Part shown: positions 1-9,751 of the stretch, piece after piece
Position numbering within the stretch: position 1 is the stretch's first letter
How the letters are laid out: each line of letters opens with the position of its first letter
Assembly: GCA_031414775.1 (NCBI GenBank)
Contig: JANOQI010000048.1
Span: 32,001 to 96,000, forward strand
DNA from: Synechococcales cyanobacterium VAR_4_metabat_354
GTDB lineage: Bacteria > Cyanobacteriota > Cyanobacteriia > Cyanobacteriales > Chamaesiphonaceae
Length of the DNA stretch: 64,000 nucleotides
Reading direction: 5' to 3'
Position numbers and translations under genes: made by a program
Notes under the pieces: generated by a model
The model's input: only the letters and a program-made list of their open reading frames with translations
What the model was told of the DNA's origin: nothing
The model's database searches: none

Positions 1-78
1 GAAATAGTCGGCTGGCAGGTTCAATCAGAATTAGAAGTGACAAGTTCGTCAACATCACCCCCTAATTCATCTGTTTAG
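1..78 (+). CDS. 3' end of an unidentified CDS entering from the left edge
   Basis: Frame +1 is open from base 1 (EIVGWQVQSELEVTSSSTSPPNSSV) to TAG at 76-78, converging on rimI. Confidence 0.45.
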   Translation, partial: EIVGWQVQSELEVTSSSTSPPNSSV

Positions 79-84
79 CAATAT

Positions 85-585
85 TTACCCCAATTTAAAT
101 TTATCTAAAAAATCTGGCTGCTGCAAACCACTACACCACATCACCAAAGCATCTTCGGCTGGCTCTTGGTAATATTTTTTGCGCACCCCCGCAATCACAA
201 AACCCATTTTTTCGTACAGCCCTACCGCTACTTCATTGGAAGCCCGGACTTCTAAGGTGCCATAGTTCATGCCGATCGCTACGGCCTGGGCAAATAATCC
301 AATTAATAAATCTTGACCCCAGCCTTGTCCCCGATGGTCGGGATGAATGGCTAAGAGGGTAATATGAGCTTCATCTAAAATTGCCCAGAAACAGCCCATA
401 CCAATCAGTTGATTATCTGGCGGTGCATCCACAAATGCCCCGACAAAATGGCCATTGTCGCTGGCCAATTCCCGCCGGTAAGTATCGATCGACCAATGAC
501 CACCAAAACAAATTTGGTCAATTTGGAGCATTTGATCAAGATGATCGATCGTCAATGGTCGCAATTCAGCCTTTTCATTAACCAT
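85..585 (-). CDS. rimI: Ribosomal-protein-alanine N-acetyltransferase (GNAT)
   Basis: Motifs EAHITLLAIHPDHRGQGWG, LEVRASN, RKKYY..EDAL; ATG at 585 preferred over GTG at 594. Confidence 0.9.
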   Translation of the reverse strand: MVNEKAELRPLTIDHLDQMLQIDQICFGGHWSIDTYRRELASDNGHFVGAFVDAPPDNQLIGMGCFWAILDEAHITLLAIHPDHRGQGWGQDLLIGLFAQAVAIGMNYGTLEVRASNEVAVGLYEKMGFVIAGVRKKYYQEPAEDALVMWCSGLQQPDFLDKFKLG

Positions 586-594
586 AATTAGCAC

Positions 595-2430
595 TTACCG
601 GAGTAATTTCAACACTTGCATCACAGTTTGATAGCCTTCTTGCCGATTTCCCCGTTGTTGATAGAGAGTAGCCGATTTTTGGAGAGAATTTTTAGCCTGA
701 GGGCGATCACTTAAACCCACATAAGAAAATCCTTGTAAAGCATAGGAATCAGGCGAAGAAGAATTTATTTTGAGGGCTTGACTAGCATCGACTAACGATC
801 GATCAAACTGTTTTTTAAATAGATAGTAAACGGAACGACCCTGGTAGGCAACTTCATTATTAGGGTTAATGCTCAAAGATTTTTCCACATCAGCCAAGCC
901 CTTTTGGTATTCTTGCTGAGAAATATAAACCAGCCCTCGATAGGCATAGGCACTGTCGTAATTAGGTTTAAGCTCTAAGGCGCGATTAAAATGCTGAATG
1001 GCAGCGGCAAAATTCTTGAGTTCCATCTGAGCTTGGCCGCACAGACTATATCCAATCGGGTTCTTGGGACTGAGACTAACAGCCTTAGCTAAATCCGCGA
1101 GTCCAGTTTCTTTATTCCCCACCGCTACCGAGATAAAACCCCGGTAGGCATAGGCCAAGAAACTATCAGGATTGATTTGGAGGGCACGATTAAAATCGGC
1201 GACCGAACCAGCTCGATCACCAGTGAGATATTTAGCGGCGGCGCGCACACTATAACCATCGCCCAGATTAGGATCAATTTTGAGAGCTTGGTTGATCGAT
1301 CGAATAGCTTTTTTCGGATCGGCATACTGCAACTCGGTAAAGCCCCGATACAGATAGCTACGCGGATTGCGGGGATTAATTGCGATCGCTTTAGCCAAGT
1401 CAGCAAAGGCTCCGACCACATCCCCCCGACCAGTTTTACCGGCTCCGCGCAGAGCATAGGCTTCATCAGAATTGGGCTTGTACTTTAGAGCCAAGTTGGC
1501 ATCCCGAATTAATTCTGGGGAGTTATCCAAAAAAAGATTAGCTTCAGCTCTAGCAATATAAGCAGCCACGTAGTTTGGTCTGGTGGCAATGGCGCGATCT
1601 AAGTTCTCGATCGCACCGGGATAGTCGTTTTGACGAAATTGATTAGCCGCCGCCACAAAGAAATCGTCGGCAGTAGTACTACGATTTGAATTAACTGTAA
1701 CGACCGGAGGCACAACACTACCACCAAAGTTGACACCCATTTTACTAGCTAGCTGTCGGAAGGTATTTACCGGAATGCCCAGGTTAAAGCCAGTTTTCAC
1801 CCAGACACTGGCGTTTATTTCGGACTGTTTAGTTTGTTCTTGGGCATCGCCTTTGCCATGAATAGCAATTAATTCGCCACGCTCATTGAGCACTGGACCA
1901 CCACTCATACCGGGCAAAGTATTGCAGCTATAAACGATCGAGTAGCCATTGGCAAAAGGCTTAGAACTATTGGCCGTGATTTTGCCATCACTGAAGGTAT
2001 ATACCGATTGGGTAATAGCCGCAGTAGCCACTGGAAATCCGGCTACATAGGCAGCACTGCCTTCCTCGGCGGTGTTAGAATCACCAATTTTAATAACTGA
2101 GTAATTAACATCACTCTGAAACTGCACCACCGCCAAATCGAGATTGCCACTGGGTGCCAACTGGCGCTTGCTCACCGGATAGGTTTGCCCATCGCTGAGT
2201 TCGATCTGATACTGGCGGTTGGCCTTTTTGACCACATGAGCAGCCGTCAATACCGTGTAGGTATTACCAATACGATTAATAATTGCGCCAGAACCCTGCA
2301 CCCCGGGGGTAGTGATCGACACCGTGACCGCCTTGGCGATTTTGGCTACTTCCGTGGAAGAAATCGCTGCTGCTGGCAAAGTGATCACAAGAGGAGCAAC
2401 AATTCCCAAGAGGACTGGCCAAGTTTTCAT
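595..2430 (-). CDS. Exported trypsin-like serine protease with C-terminal TPR repeats
   Basis: Signal peptide (..PAAA); triad motifs TAAHVV, LDLAVV, GMSGGP; many 34-aa TPR-like units (AL..NP...AY..RG). Confidence 0.88.
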   Translation of the reverse strand: MKTWPVLLGIVAPLVITLPAAAISSTEVAKIAKAVTVSITTPGVQGSGAIINRIGNTYTVLTAAHVVKKANRQYQIELSDGQTYPVSKRQLAPSGNLDLAVVQFQSDVNYSVIKIGDSNTAEEGSAAYVAGFPVATAAITQSVYTFSDGKITANSSKPFANGYSIVYSCNTLPGMSGGPVLNERGELIAIHGKGDAQEQTKQSEINASVWVKTGFNLGIPVNTFRQLASKMGVNFGGSVVPPVVTVNSNRSTTADDFFVAAANQFRQNDYPGAIENLDRAIATRPNYVAAYIARAEANLFLDNSPELIRDANLALKYKPNSDEAYALRGAGKTGRGDVVGAFADLAKAIAINPRNPRSYLYRGFTELQYADPKKAIRSINQALKIDPNLGDGYSVRAAAKYLTGDRAGSVADFNRALQINPDSFLAYAYRGFISVAVGNKETGLADLAKAVSLSPKNPIGYSLCGQAQMELKNFAAAIQHFNRALELKPNYDSAYAYRGLVYISQQEYQKGLADVEKSLSINPNNEVAYQGRSVYYLFKKQFDRSLVDASQALKINSSSPDSYALQGFSYVGLSDRPQAKNSLQKSATLYQQRGNRQEGYQTVMQVLKLLR

Positions 2431-2489
2431 GATTATCGTTGAATTTATTATTCTTGACGGATAGCTGAACTATTATGTTTCACTGGTTT

Positions 2490-3497
2490 TTAGTGATTGG
2501 TTGCCATCAAACTAGAACGCAGTGTCACAATCTGGCAAATAGCAATCGATCGAGTTTGTAAAGCCATTTCTGGTTCTTGACCTTGCTTGAGGGATAACTC
2601 TAGCAGTAACAGTTCTGGTAAGATTTGCCGCAGTTGCCCCACCGAAATTTTCTGTAAATCCTGGCGTAGAAAGTAGAGCCGCTTGGGGTTGCCGATTTCG
2701 GCTTCCTTGGCAATTTCTTCGTCTGAAGCACCGGACTCAGTAAGTATTTTAACCCATAGCCATGTCCGAAACTGTCCCACCAAGGTGGCCACAATTTTCA
2801 GCGCCGGTTCGTTCCGTTGGATCAAAGCATGAATCAAACTCAAGCTACTACCCACATCGCCCTGACGCAAGGCATTGGCTAGTTGTAAACTATTCTGGGT
2901 AGTGGCCATCACCAAACTGCTCACTTCGGTAGCAGTCAGCGGAGTGGGTCGCTCGTAGGCAAATAAACTTAGTTTGGTAAGTTCGGTGTGTAGCTGCCGA
3001 GTATTGTTGCCGATCGATTCCGCTAATAGATCGATCGCTTCTTTGGTGAGATTGACTCCTAGTTTTTGGGCGAGCTGTTTGACCTGTTGGCCAATTTCGG
3101 CTGTTTTCCAGGGTGGGAGCAGGGCAAACTCCCGCACGGTCGCCTGTTTTTGAATAAATTTACTAGCTTTTAAGCGACCATCGGGCTTATTGACACTGGT
3201 TAAAAGTAAGATAGTGGTCGCGGGTATGTCGGGTAAGGTGCGCTCTAGCTCGGCCAAGATGCTCTCACTGCATTGGCTTACAACGTGAGTATTAACTAGC
3301 CAGATCAACCGCTGCCCGCTACCAAAGGGCGGTGTCATGGCCTGATTTAAGGCTTGAATGGTGCCCGCTGGTTGTTCACCGGCAATTTTTTCGTAATTGA
3401 AACTTGCCCAAGCCGCATCTATGGTGTTTTTTTGGAGTTCGATCGCCGCTTGGTTGAGCGCGAATTCATCATCTCCCCAGTACAGCAAAATCGGCAT
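2490..3497 (-). CDS. holA: DNA polymerase III subunit delta
   Basis: Cyanobacterial HolA pattern MPILLYWGDD, TPPFGSG, KPDGRLK, NPKRLYFL; start placed at ATG 3497. Confidence 0.9.
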   Translation of the reverse strand: MPILLYWGDDEFALNQAAIELQKNTIDAAWASFNYEKIAGEQPAGTIQALNQAMTPPFGSGQRLIWLVNTHVVSQCSESILAELERTLPDIPATTILLLTSVNKPDGRLKASKFIQKQATVREFALLPPWKTAEIGQQVKQLAQKLGVNLTKEAIDLLAESIGNNTRQLHTELTKLSLFAYERPTPLTATEVSSLVMATTQNSLQLANALRQGDVGSSLSLIHALIQRNEPALKIVATLVGQFRTWLWVKILTESGASDEEIAKEAEIGNPKRLYFLRQDLQKISVGQLRQILPELLLLELSLKQGQEPEMALQTRSIAICQIVTLRSSLMATNH

Positions 3498-3549
3498 AGT
3501 AGTAAATATATTCAGAAAATGACTGTGTGAGCATCCAACCAATGGTTGC

Positions 3550-6141
3550 CTAAGATTTGACGGATATCTCAGTTTCTACCTGAGTCGGAATTTGAACTGT
3601 GGCGATCGATGTATAAATCGGTATATTCGTATCTACTGCTTCAAAGCTGACTACTAGGGCATAGGGTACAGTGGCACTGGGATCGTTATTCCACCCTTCA
3701 TGTCCAACGACGGCAATACAGAAGGACTCGCGCAAGTCGTATGATTTGACGATCGCCCAGTCTTTTTGTAACGTTCCCTCCTGCCTGGATACATTATCTG
3801 CCTGTCCCCAATTTTTCCGTTTGTTCAAAACCCAATTAAAGATATCCTTGCCTTTTTTCTGTGATTCTGGTAGGGCATCATAATTTTTAAGTACTCGCTC
3901 TAGAAATCTCACAGGATCTTCACCTTTATCGCTACATTCCCAATCTAACCATGTGGACAGGTACTTTCTTCGAGCGCGGCGGGTGCGTCGAGGTTGGGCT
4001 TTATAAGAAAGTGTGACTTCAATCCGAATGTCTAAATCCTCTCCAGGCGATCTCAATCCGTCTGGTAGGCTGACTTCGTAAATTTGTGCTTGACGGGCAG
4101 CAATCCGCCGTTCTCCTCTAGCAATTAGCGTAATTCGGTTATTGGAATTACCCAAGGCTCGATCTAGATTGGGAATACCATAGCCCAGCAACCGAATGGC
4201 ACTGTAGAGATCGAAATTGGTAGTTTCTACCCAGCTAGGGAGTCGGGCTGACTGTACGATTAACGCTCGATATAGCAAGCAGCTTTCATTGGGTAATTCA
4301 GCCGCCAGACAAGCGGCAATATGAGCTACTTTGGGAGCCGCGTAAGAAGTTCCGATACAATCGCGGGCTGACATCGGCCCACCATTTAAGGTGGAACGAA
4401 CCAGATCGGGACAGACTTCTGGGGGATATGTCAGACTGGGTGGTGTGCCGCCATCGGAGACAAGATCGCCGCCATACTCGACCACTTCTGGTTTAATCGA
4501 ATCCCATATTCCCAAACCCGTGCAGGAGAAAGAAGATGGATAGTCTTGCTGGGCGATCGATTTTCTCGATAAATCTCTGAAAGTTTGCAGGGAGACAGAG
4601 CCGACAGTCAGAGCTTGAAAACTTTGAGCGGGATTGGGGACTCGGCAAGAATCGCTTAGGAGGTAATCTGGATGAAGTTTGCCTTGTTGTAAGCGATCTC
4701 GAACTGATAATCTGGAATTACCTAAGCTTCCATCGATCGGGAGATTGCCTGCGGCTACGATAAATAAAATATCGTATTCCCATGATAAATTATCGATTTC
4801 GGCTGCCCACGCGCTCATATATTGAGTGCGACAGGGAGTGCTTCCAGCGATCGAATGGTTAAAAATCCGCGTTCCTCTTTCACCTTGATAAAATTTGACG
4901 ATGTTCGAGATAAGGGCTGGAGGAAATAGGGATTTTGATAAACGACAGTCTCGATCGAGTACGCGAGCATTTTGCAGCCAGCAGACAGCCTGTTGTTGTC
5001 CGCTAGTGGGGATTAGATTCGGATATAAGACCGCTCCAGCGACACGGGTACCATGTCCACCATTTTTGACAAAATCGGCGGTCAAATCGGTTTCATTGGG
5101 CACCCACGATCGAGAATCGTTTTCTATAATTGCCGATGCTAATAATGGGTGTTTTTCTTGGATACCACTATCGATAACGCAAACTTTGGGTGCGTTTCGA
5201 TCTGGTGCTTCTAGAGAGAAAGATATTTCGATTTCTTCTAGTTGTGTTTCCGCAGATGAATCATCCCCAACATCATCTGGCAGACTGACATCAAAGACGT
5301 AGGGAAAGTTCAAAACTAGATCTCTCAAACCCCTGCCAGAGATACTGATTCGACAGGAGAAGCTATCGGGTAGCTCGGTATGAGTGATGATTTCACCATC
5401 AGTGATATCTAGCAATTCTCCCTGGTATTCCCGCACAAAGAGATCGAATTCATCTTCACGATTACTCTTAATCTCATCCCATTGCTGATATGTTAAATCG
5501 CGTTCTTCCATCCATCGTTGAGTAATGGTCAGATCCTTTTCCTGACTGCGATTTTCATTTGGTTTAGGATAGGCTCGTAGTTGCGACTTCTCTCCGACGC
5601 AGGCAATACCAACATCTACGGTATATAGTCGATCGTCTTCAATTTGACCCCATTGCGCTTGCAATTCTGGAGCAAGGATATATTCAGGTCTTTTCGTCCC
5701 ATCGAGGATCTCCCAAATTTCTGGGACTTTGCCGCCCCCACGCTCTTGATTGAGAAATTGCTCGATCTTCTTCTGTAAATCTGTAAATTGATGATCTGCT
5801 GATGCTCCGAGAATATATCCATGCTCTAGTTCGGCAATTACTTCAATCCCATATTTACGAAGTTCTTCTGCATCAAAGGCATTTGGATCGATCTGCAAAA
5901 TCAACGGAACAGCCTCTGGTAATTCTGGCTTCTGTTCTTGTTTTCGTTCTACTAATTGCTCATGCCAATCTGAGATAATTCCTGAGACTGAACCCTTGAG
6001 TTTGTTGCCATGCCCCCAACTATCGCCCAAATTAGCTTGAGTTTTCGGTGTTTTTTCTCTAGGAAAGGTCGTGAAGGATGCTGTTCCTTCGGTAGCAAAT
6101 TTGAGTTCGATGTGGGGAAACGATCTATTGGCTTCGTTCAT
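3550..6141 (-). CDS. S8 (subtilisin-like) serine protease, IetS/Y4bN type, no signal peptide
   Basis: Catalytic motifs VCVIDSG (Asp), HGTRVAG (His), VAAGN (oxyanion Asn), GTSYAAP (Ser); IKPEVVEYGG; LGYGIP; ~310-aa N-terminal extension. Confidence 0.9.
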   Translation of the reverse strand: MNEANRSFPHIELKFATEGTASFTTFPREKTPKTQANLGDSWGHGNKLKGSVSGIISDWHEQLVERKQEQKPELPEAVPLILQIDPNAFDAEELRKYGIEVIAELEHGYILGASADHQFTDLQKKIEQFLNQERGGGKVPEIWEILDGTKRPEYILAPELQAQWGQIEDDRLYTVDVGIACVGEKSQLRAYPKPNENRSQEKDLTITQRWMEERDLTYQQWDEIKSNREDEFDLFVREYQGELLDITDGEIITHTELPDSFSCRISISGRGLRDLVLNFPYVFDVSLPDDVGDDSSAETQLEEIEISFSLEAPDRNAPKVCVIDSGIQEKHPLLASAIIENDSRSWVPNETDLTADFVKNGGHGTRVAGAVLYPNLIPTSGQQQAVCWLQNARVLDRDCRLSKSLFPPALISNIVKFYQGERGTRIFNHSIAGSTPCRTQYMSAWAAEIDNLSWEYDILFIVAAGNLPIDGSLGNSRLSVRDRLQQGKLHPDYLLSDSCRVPNPAQSFQALTVGSVSLQTFRDLSRKSIAQQDYPSSFSCTGLGIWDSIKPEVVEYGGDLVSDGGTPPSLTYPPEVCPDLVRSTLNGGPMSARDCIGTSYAAPKVAHIAACLAAELPNESCLLYRALIVQSARLPSWVETTNFDLYSAIRLLGYGIPNLDRALGNSNNRITLIARGERRIAARQAQIYEVSLPDGLRSPGEDLDIRIEVTLSYKAQPRRTRRARRKYLSTWLDWECSDKGEDPVRFLERVLKNYDALPESQKKGKDIFNWVLNKRKNWGQADNVSRQEGTLQKDWAIVKSYDLRESFCIAVVGHEGWNNDPSATVPYALVVSFEAVDTNIPIYTSIATVQIPTQVETEISVKS

Positions 6142-6166
6142 GCTAAAGGTAGATGCAGCTCAACTT

Positions 6167-7180
6167 TTAAGTACGGGAGATTTCTTGAATGGCGGCTTCA
6201 AGATGCTCTGGAATTACAAGTTCTTCTCGATCAAGAATAGCCCGTTTAGCAGCATCTTGAGCTACCCGTACAGCTTGCGCGGAGGAAAATCCTTGCATTT
6301 TTGCGACGATCGAGTGCCAATCGATCGAGCCTTTTTCCATCGTAATTAAGGTTTGTTTGAGCAGTGCTTCTAGTTCTATTGCTGTTGGCTTAGGAACTTC
6401 GATCGCATCATCAAATCTGCGCCACACTGCCATGTCCAGGGATTTATCGAGGTTAGTAGCAGCAACAAGTAAGCCAGAGGAGGTATTATATTCATCCAAA
6501 ATTTGGAGGAAAGTATTCACCACCCGCTTCATCTCGCCAACCTCATTGTTATCTTCGCGAGATTTAGCCAGAGAGTCACATTCATCAAGAAATAGCAGGC
6601 AAGGGTTTTTGCTAGCCACCTCAAAGATTTCTCGCAGATTAGTAGCAGTTTCTCCTAGATAAGAAGATACCATCGTGTCAAAGCGCACTTTGAGCAGGGG
6701 CAAACCAGTATTCCAAGCTAGTCGCTCGGCACTCATTGTTTTGCCACAACCAGGTAGTCCATACAGCAGAATCTTTTGCTTATAACTAAAGCCATGATGC
6801 GCTAGTCGATCGCGGGCTGCATATTCGCGCTCAATTCTCTGGAAGCGCTGTTCAACTTCTGCCGACAAGATAGTATGATGCCTAAGTTTCTCTCGGGGAA
6901 TTTCCGTTACGAGAGGGAGTTGCGATCTTTTGCTATTCGGAAGTTCAGTTAAAGATTGTAGTTTGCTTACCGAAGCAATTGCACTTGTACTACTTTTGTT
7001 GTCACTGCCAGCCGCCGAGCTTCTAGATTTAGACTTGGTAATACTTTCCAGTTGCTCGGCAAGAATAGTATGTCCTTTTTTTCGCTCTTCTTGAACTATT
7101 GCATTCAAGAGCTTACCCACCGCCACGTCATCATCAGTGGCGATTGCTCTAAATACTCTTTTAAGCAGATCGGCTTTCAC
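6167..7180 (-). CDS. AAA+ ATPase, IetA-like partner of the S8 protease
   Basis: Walker A GLPGCGKT, SSYLGETATNLR, Walker B LFLDECD, AATN, second region of homology AVWRRFD; 25 bp upstream of the protease. Confidence 0.9.
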   Translation of the reverse strand: MKADLLKRVFRAIATDDDVAVGKLLNAIVQEERKKGHTILAEQLESITKSKSRSSAAGSDNKSSTSAIASVSKLQSLTELPNSKRSQLPLVTEIPREKLRHHTILSAEVEQRFQRIEREYAARDRLAHHGFSYKQKILLYGLPGCGKTMSAERLAWNTGLPLLKVRFDTMVSSYLGETATNLREIFEVASKNPCLLFLDECDSLAKSREDNNEVGEMKRVVNTFLQILDEYNTSSGLLVAATNLDKSLDMAVWRRFDDAIEVPKPTAIELEALLKQTLITMEKGSIDWHSIVAKMQGFSSAQAVRVAQDAAKRAILDREELVIPEHLEAAIQEISRT

Positions 7181-7257
7181 AGGGCAGTAAACAGACTTAA
7201 CATTGCTTTATCTTAGCTAAATAGTGCCCCTTGAATTCCATAAAGCAACAAAACAAT

Positions 7258-7281
7258 AAAGGCGCACCGAAGTACACCTTT
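7258..7281 (-). terminator. Intrinsic terminator after tRNA-Glu
   Basis: Minus strand AAAGGTGTAC-TTCG-GTGCGCCTTT hairpin (C-UUCG-G loop, G-U pairs) followed by T-rich ATTGTTTTGTT. Confidence 0.7.
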
Positions 7282-7298
7282 ACTTTTTTCACTTTAAA

Positions 7299-7371
7299 TA
7301 CCCCCAAGGGAAGTCGAATCCCTGTCGCCTCCGTGAAAGGGAGGTGTCCTAGGCCACTAGACGATGGGGGC
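7299..7371 (-). tRNA. trnE: tRNA-Glu (anticodon TTC)
   Basis: GCCCCCATCGTCTAGTGGCCTAGGACACCTCCCTTTCACGGAGGCGACAGGGATTCGACTTCCCTTGGGGGTA folds as a cloverleaf; T-stem has the A53-U61 pair typical of cyanobacterial/plastid tRNA-Glu. Confidence 0.97.
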
Positions 7372-7483
7372 CTGTGTTTTTGCACATCTCTAAATCTAGA
7401 TGATGTTTAAAGTAATGTCAACTACTAAAAAAATGTTGGCGCTCAATCAACTGTTTGTCGTAATGTCAACTAGCATAATCCAG

Positions 7484-8065
7484 TCATTTATCGGGTGGAA
7501 TGCCATAACGCAGAGCTGATAAGCGGGCTTGGGCTACTGGATCAAGGGAGTTGAACAAAAATCGGCCACTGGTTTGACGTTTAGTCTTTTGTTTTTGGCG
7601 CGATCGACTGGAACTAGATTCGACCCTGTGAACTAGTTGGAGAGCCGACATCCACTCCGCACCAAAGCCCCCGACGGTTAATTGTTGCGCTCGATCGGAG
7701 GTGGCAACAACTAATCTGGTTTTGGCGGTGGTGTTACCTTTATGGCGGGCACAGAATTTTTCGATGTAGGTATCGGCTGTTTCTCGAAACTCGGTGTAGT
7801 AGACAGAGAGGTTGGGGGTGATAACTTCGTGGTGCGCAGGCGTATCGCGACTATGGGCATCAAACACCAATTGAGTATCGTAACCTTCAAAAGCACTGAA
7901 GTTGACTAATTCTTCGATTAATTTATTTCTGGCTGCTGATAAATCGCTAGCACTTCTGAGCTGGAGCGGTGTTTCATCGTCAGGATCGGGGTACAGGTCT
8001 GCCCAAAGGCCGATGACGTTATATCCGTCAACGAGCAACATTACTTCTTGGCGTTTGGGAGCCAT
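7484..8065 (-). CDS. NYN-domain (YacP/Rae1-like) ribonuclease
   Basis: LLVDGYNVIG, LVFDA, ETADTYIEK, VATSD motifs. Confidence 0.88.
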   Translation of the reverse strand: MAPKRQEVMLLVDGYNVIGLWADLYPDPDDETPLQLRSASDLSAARNKLIEELVNFSAFEGYDTQLVFDAHSRDTPAHHEVITPNLSVYYTEFRETADTYIEKFCARHKGNTTAKTRLVVATSDRAQQLTVGGFGAEWMSALQLVHRVESSSSRSRQKQKTKRQTSGRFLFNSLDPVAQARLSALRYGIPPDK

Positions 8066-8163
8066 AACTTCACTTACTTACAAGGACTAACCGAATTTCA
8101 AAAGATGTTCATATATCTTAAGATTTTTTGGGCTGGTTTTGGGGATAAAGATTACAAACGTTG

Positions 8164-8469
8164 CTACCGCCAGCGATCGCGCTCTAAGTCGTACAGGACT
8201 TTTTCCCAATGCCACTGCTCTGGTCGATCGGAATTCTTAAACCGAGATTGTTCTAGCAATCGATCGATAGTTTTTTTGTTGCCACCAAGTAATCTGGTGA
8301 GCTTGGTTTGGGTCTGTCGATCGACCTTTCCCAGGGGCTGAGATGAATTAAAATCACCCATCGATTTTTTAAACCGAGCAACAGCTTTCTTTCTGGAAAT
8401 GAAGCGTTGCATCGCATACACCCCCATCAGGGCGATGCCCAACAAAATGATTATGCCAGCAGTACTCAT
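8164..8469 (-). CDS. Small membrane-anchored hypothetical protein
   Basis: N-terminal TM helix; C-terminal RLL..G....RLL...W.WEKVLYDLERDR motif of the kind seen in cyanobacterial hypothetical proteins. Confidence 0.7.
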   Translation of the reverse strand: MSTAGIIILLGIALMGVYAMQRFISRKKAVARFKKSMGDFNSSQPLGKVDRQTQTKLTRLLGGNKKTIDRLLEQSRFKNSDRPEQWHWEKVLYDLERDRWR

Positions 8470-8615
8470 AATGCTTTGGTATCGATCGATTAAAAAATCT
8501 ACTATCTAATTTTAATCTACCCCAGTAGTCTACGAAAATTAGTCTCACTAACTGGGGAGGATGTCATCTAAGTCTATGATGTTGACTGACGTTCCAGATT
8601 TTTCTTCAAAGCATT

Positions 8616-9173
8616 ATGAATGTTGGCCGTTTAATCGTCCTGACTGGACCCAGTGGTGTCGGCAAAGGTACTTTGTTGAAGGAATTGCTCCAGCGTCATC
8701 CCGAGCTGTACATGTCTATTTCGGCTACTACTCGTCCACCTCGATCGGATGAAGTTGATGGCATAAATTATTATTTTCGGACGCGCGATCAGTTTACAGA
8801 AATGATTGCCGCTGGTGACTTGCTGGAATGGGCAGAATTTGCCGGTAATTACTATGGCACTCCGACCCAACCAGTCCAGGAGCAGATTAATCAAGGTCGA
8901 TCGATCATTCTGGAAATTGAGTTACTAGGGGCACGGCAGGTAGCCAAGATTTTTCCGGAATCTCTGAAGATTTTTATATTACCGCCCAGTGTAGCGGCAT
9001 TAGAAGCTCGAATTCGGAACCGGGGCCAAGATCCAGAAGCTGCAATCATCCAAAGATTAGAACGCGCTCAGGCTGAGATCGAGGCCGCTGGCGAATTCGA
9101 CTTGCAAATTGTCAATGACGACTTGCAAGTTGCTCTAGAGCAAATTGAAGCCGCTATTTTCCAGAAACTTTAA
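8616..9173 (+). CDS. gmk: Guanylate kinase
   Basis: GPSGVGKGT P-loop, SATTRPPR, LEWAEFAGNYYGT. Confidence 0.96.
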   Translation: MNVGRLIVLTGPSGVGKGTLLKELLQRHPELYMSISATTRPPRSDEVDGINYYFRTRDQFTEMIAAGDLLEWAEFAGNYYGTPTQPVQEQINQGRSIILEIELLGARQVAKIFPESLKIFILPPSVAALEARIRNRGQDPEAAIIQRLERAQAEIEAAGEFDLQIVNDDLQVALEQIEAAIFQKL

Positions 9174-9544
9174 CCCCAGCTATCTAAATCCAGCGCTTGG
9201 GAACCGCCTTGATCCAGTTCTTTTAAAACTCCCTTGAGCTGTAGCCACAAGAAGACAGCTGTAAATAAGGTCAGTGGAATTGCCAGACCGGCAGCGATCG
9301 TATCGGGCAAGCCAAAAATTGACATGCCCGAAGTCAAAAACATGCCGATGCCGCAGGCAATCCCCACAAAAGGCAACTTGAGAGTGATGTTATCTAACGA
9401 AGTGAGGCTGATGTTCACCCGATCGACAGACCAGGCTTTAACATAGCGCTTGAGAGTGGAATCAAAGGCCGATCCACAGGACAAGCCAATGAATAGACCG
9501 GCAAAGAGCAGAAAATAGGGCGGGTCACTAGGAAAGTAATACAA
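9170..9544 (-). CDS. Conserved cyanobacterial membrane protein
   Basis: Three hydrophobic segments, C-terminal GSQALDLD; probable TTG start at 9544 (MYYFPSDPPYFLL) behind a GGAG RBS, shorter than the ORF-track call. Confidence 0.7.
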   Translation of the reverse strand: MYYFPSDPPYFLLFAGLFIGLSCGSAFDSTLKRYVKAWSVDRVNISLTSLDNITLKLPFVGIACGIGMFLTSGMSIFGLPDTIAAGLAIPLTLFTAVFLWLQLKGVLKELDQGGSQALDLDSWG

Positions 9545-9681
9545 ACAAAACTCCAGGAAATGGCTGATGGTGATCACACTGGCCATGAGATATTTTTATC
9601 TTATGAGCCTGAGACATATCTTAAATTTAGAGCAATCGACTGGGCAAATCAATTTGAATCTTCTTTAGGTATGGTGAAGCG

Positions 9682-9751
9682 ATCGCAACTCATTACCAGA
9701 GGAATCGGGGGTTTAGTTTTACGAAGGTTGGTACTAGTTACCAGCCTTTTT
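9682..9751 (+). ncRNA. Candidate small RNA, copy 1
   Basis: -10-like TATGGT at 9670-9675, conserved non-coding body, terminator AAGGTTGGTA-CTAGT-TACCAGCCTT-TTT; 5' end inferred. Confidence 0.5.

Noticed and set aside
3498..3549. attR-like duplicate of the tRNA-Glu 3' end
   Set aside because: No match to the tRNA 3' sequence is visible and no integrase is present
7197..7385. 62-aa ORF
   Set aside because: It is the tRNA-Glu gene and its terminator read as protein
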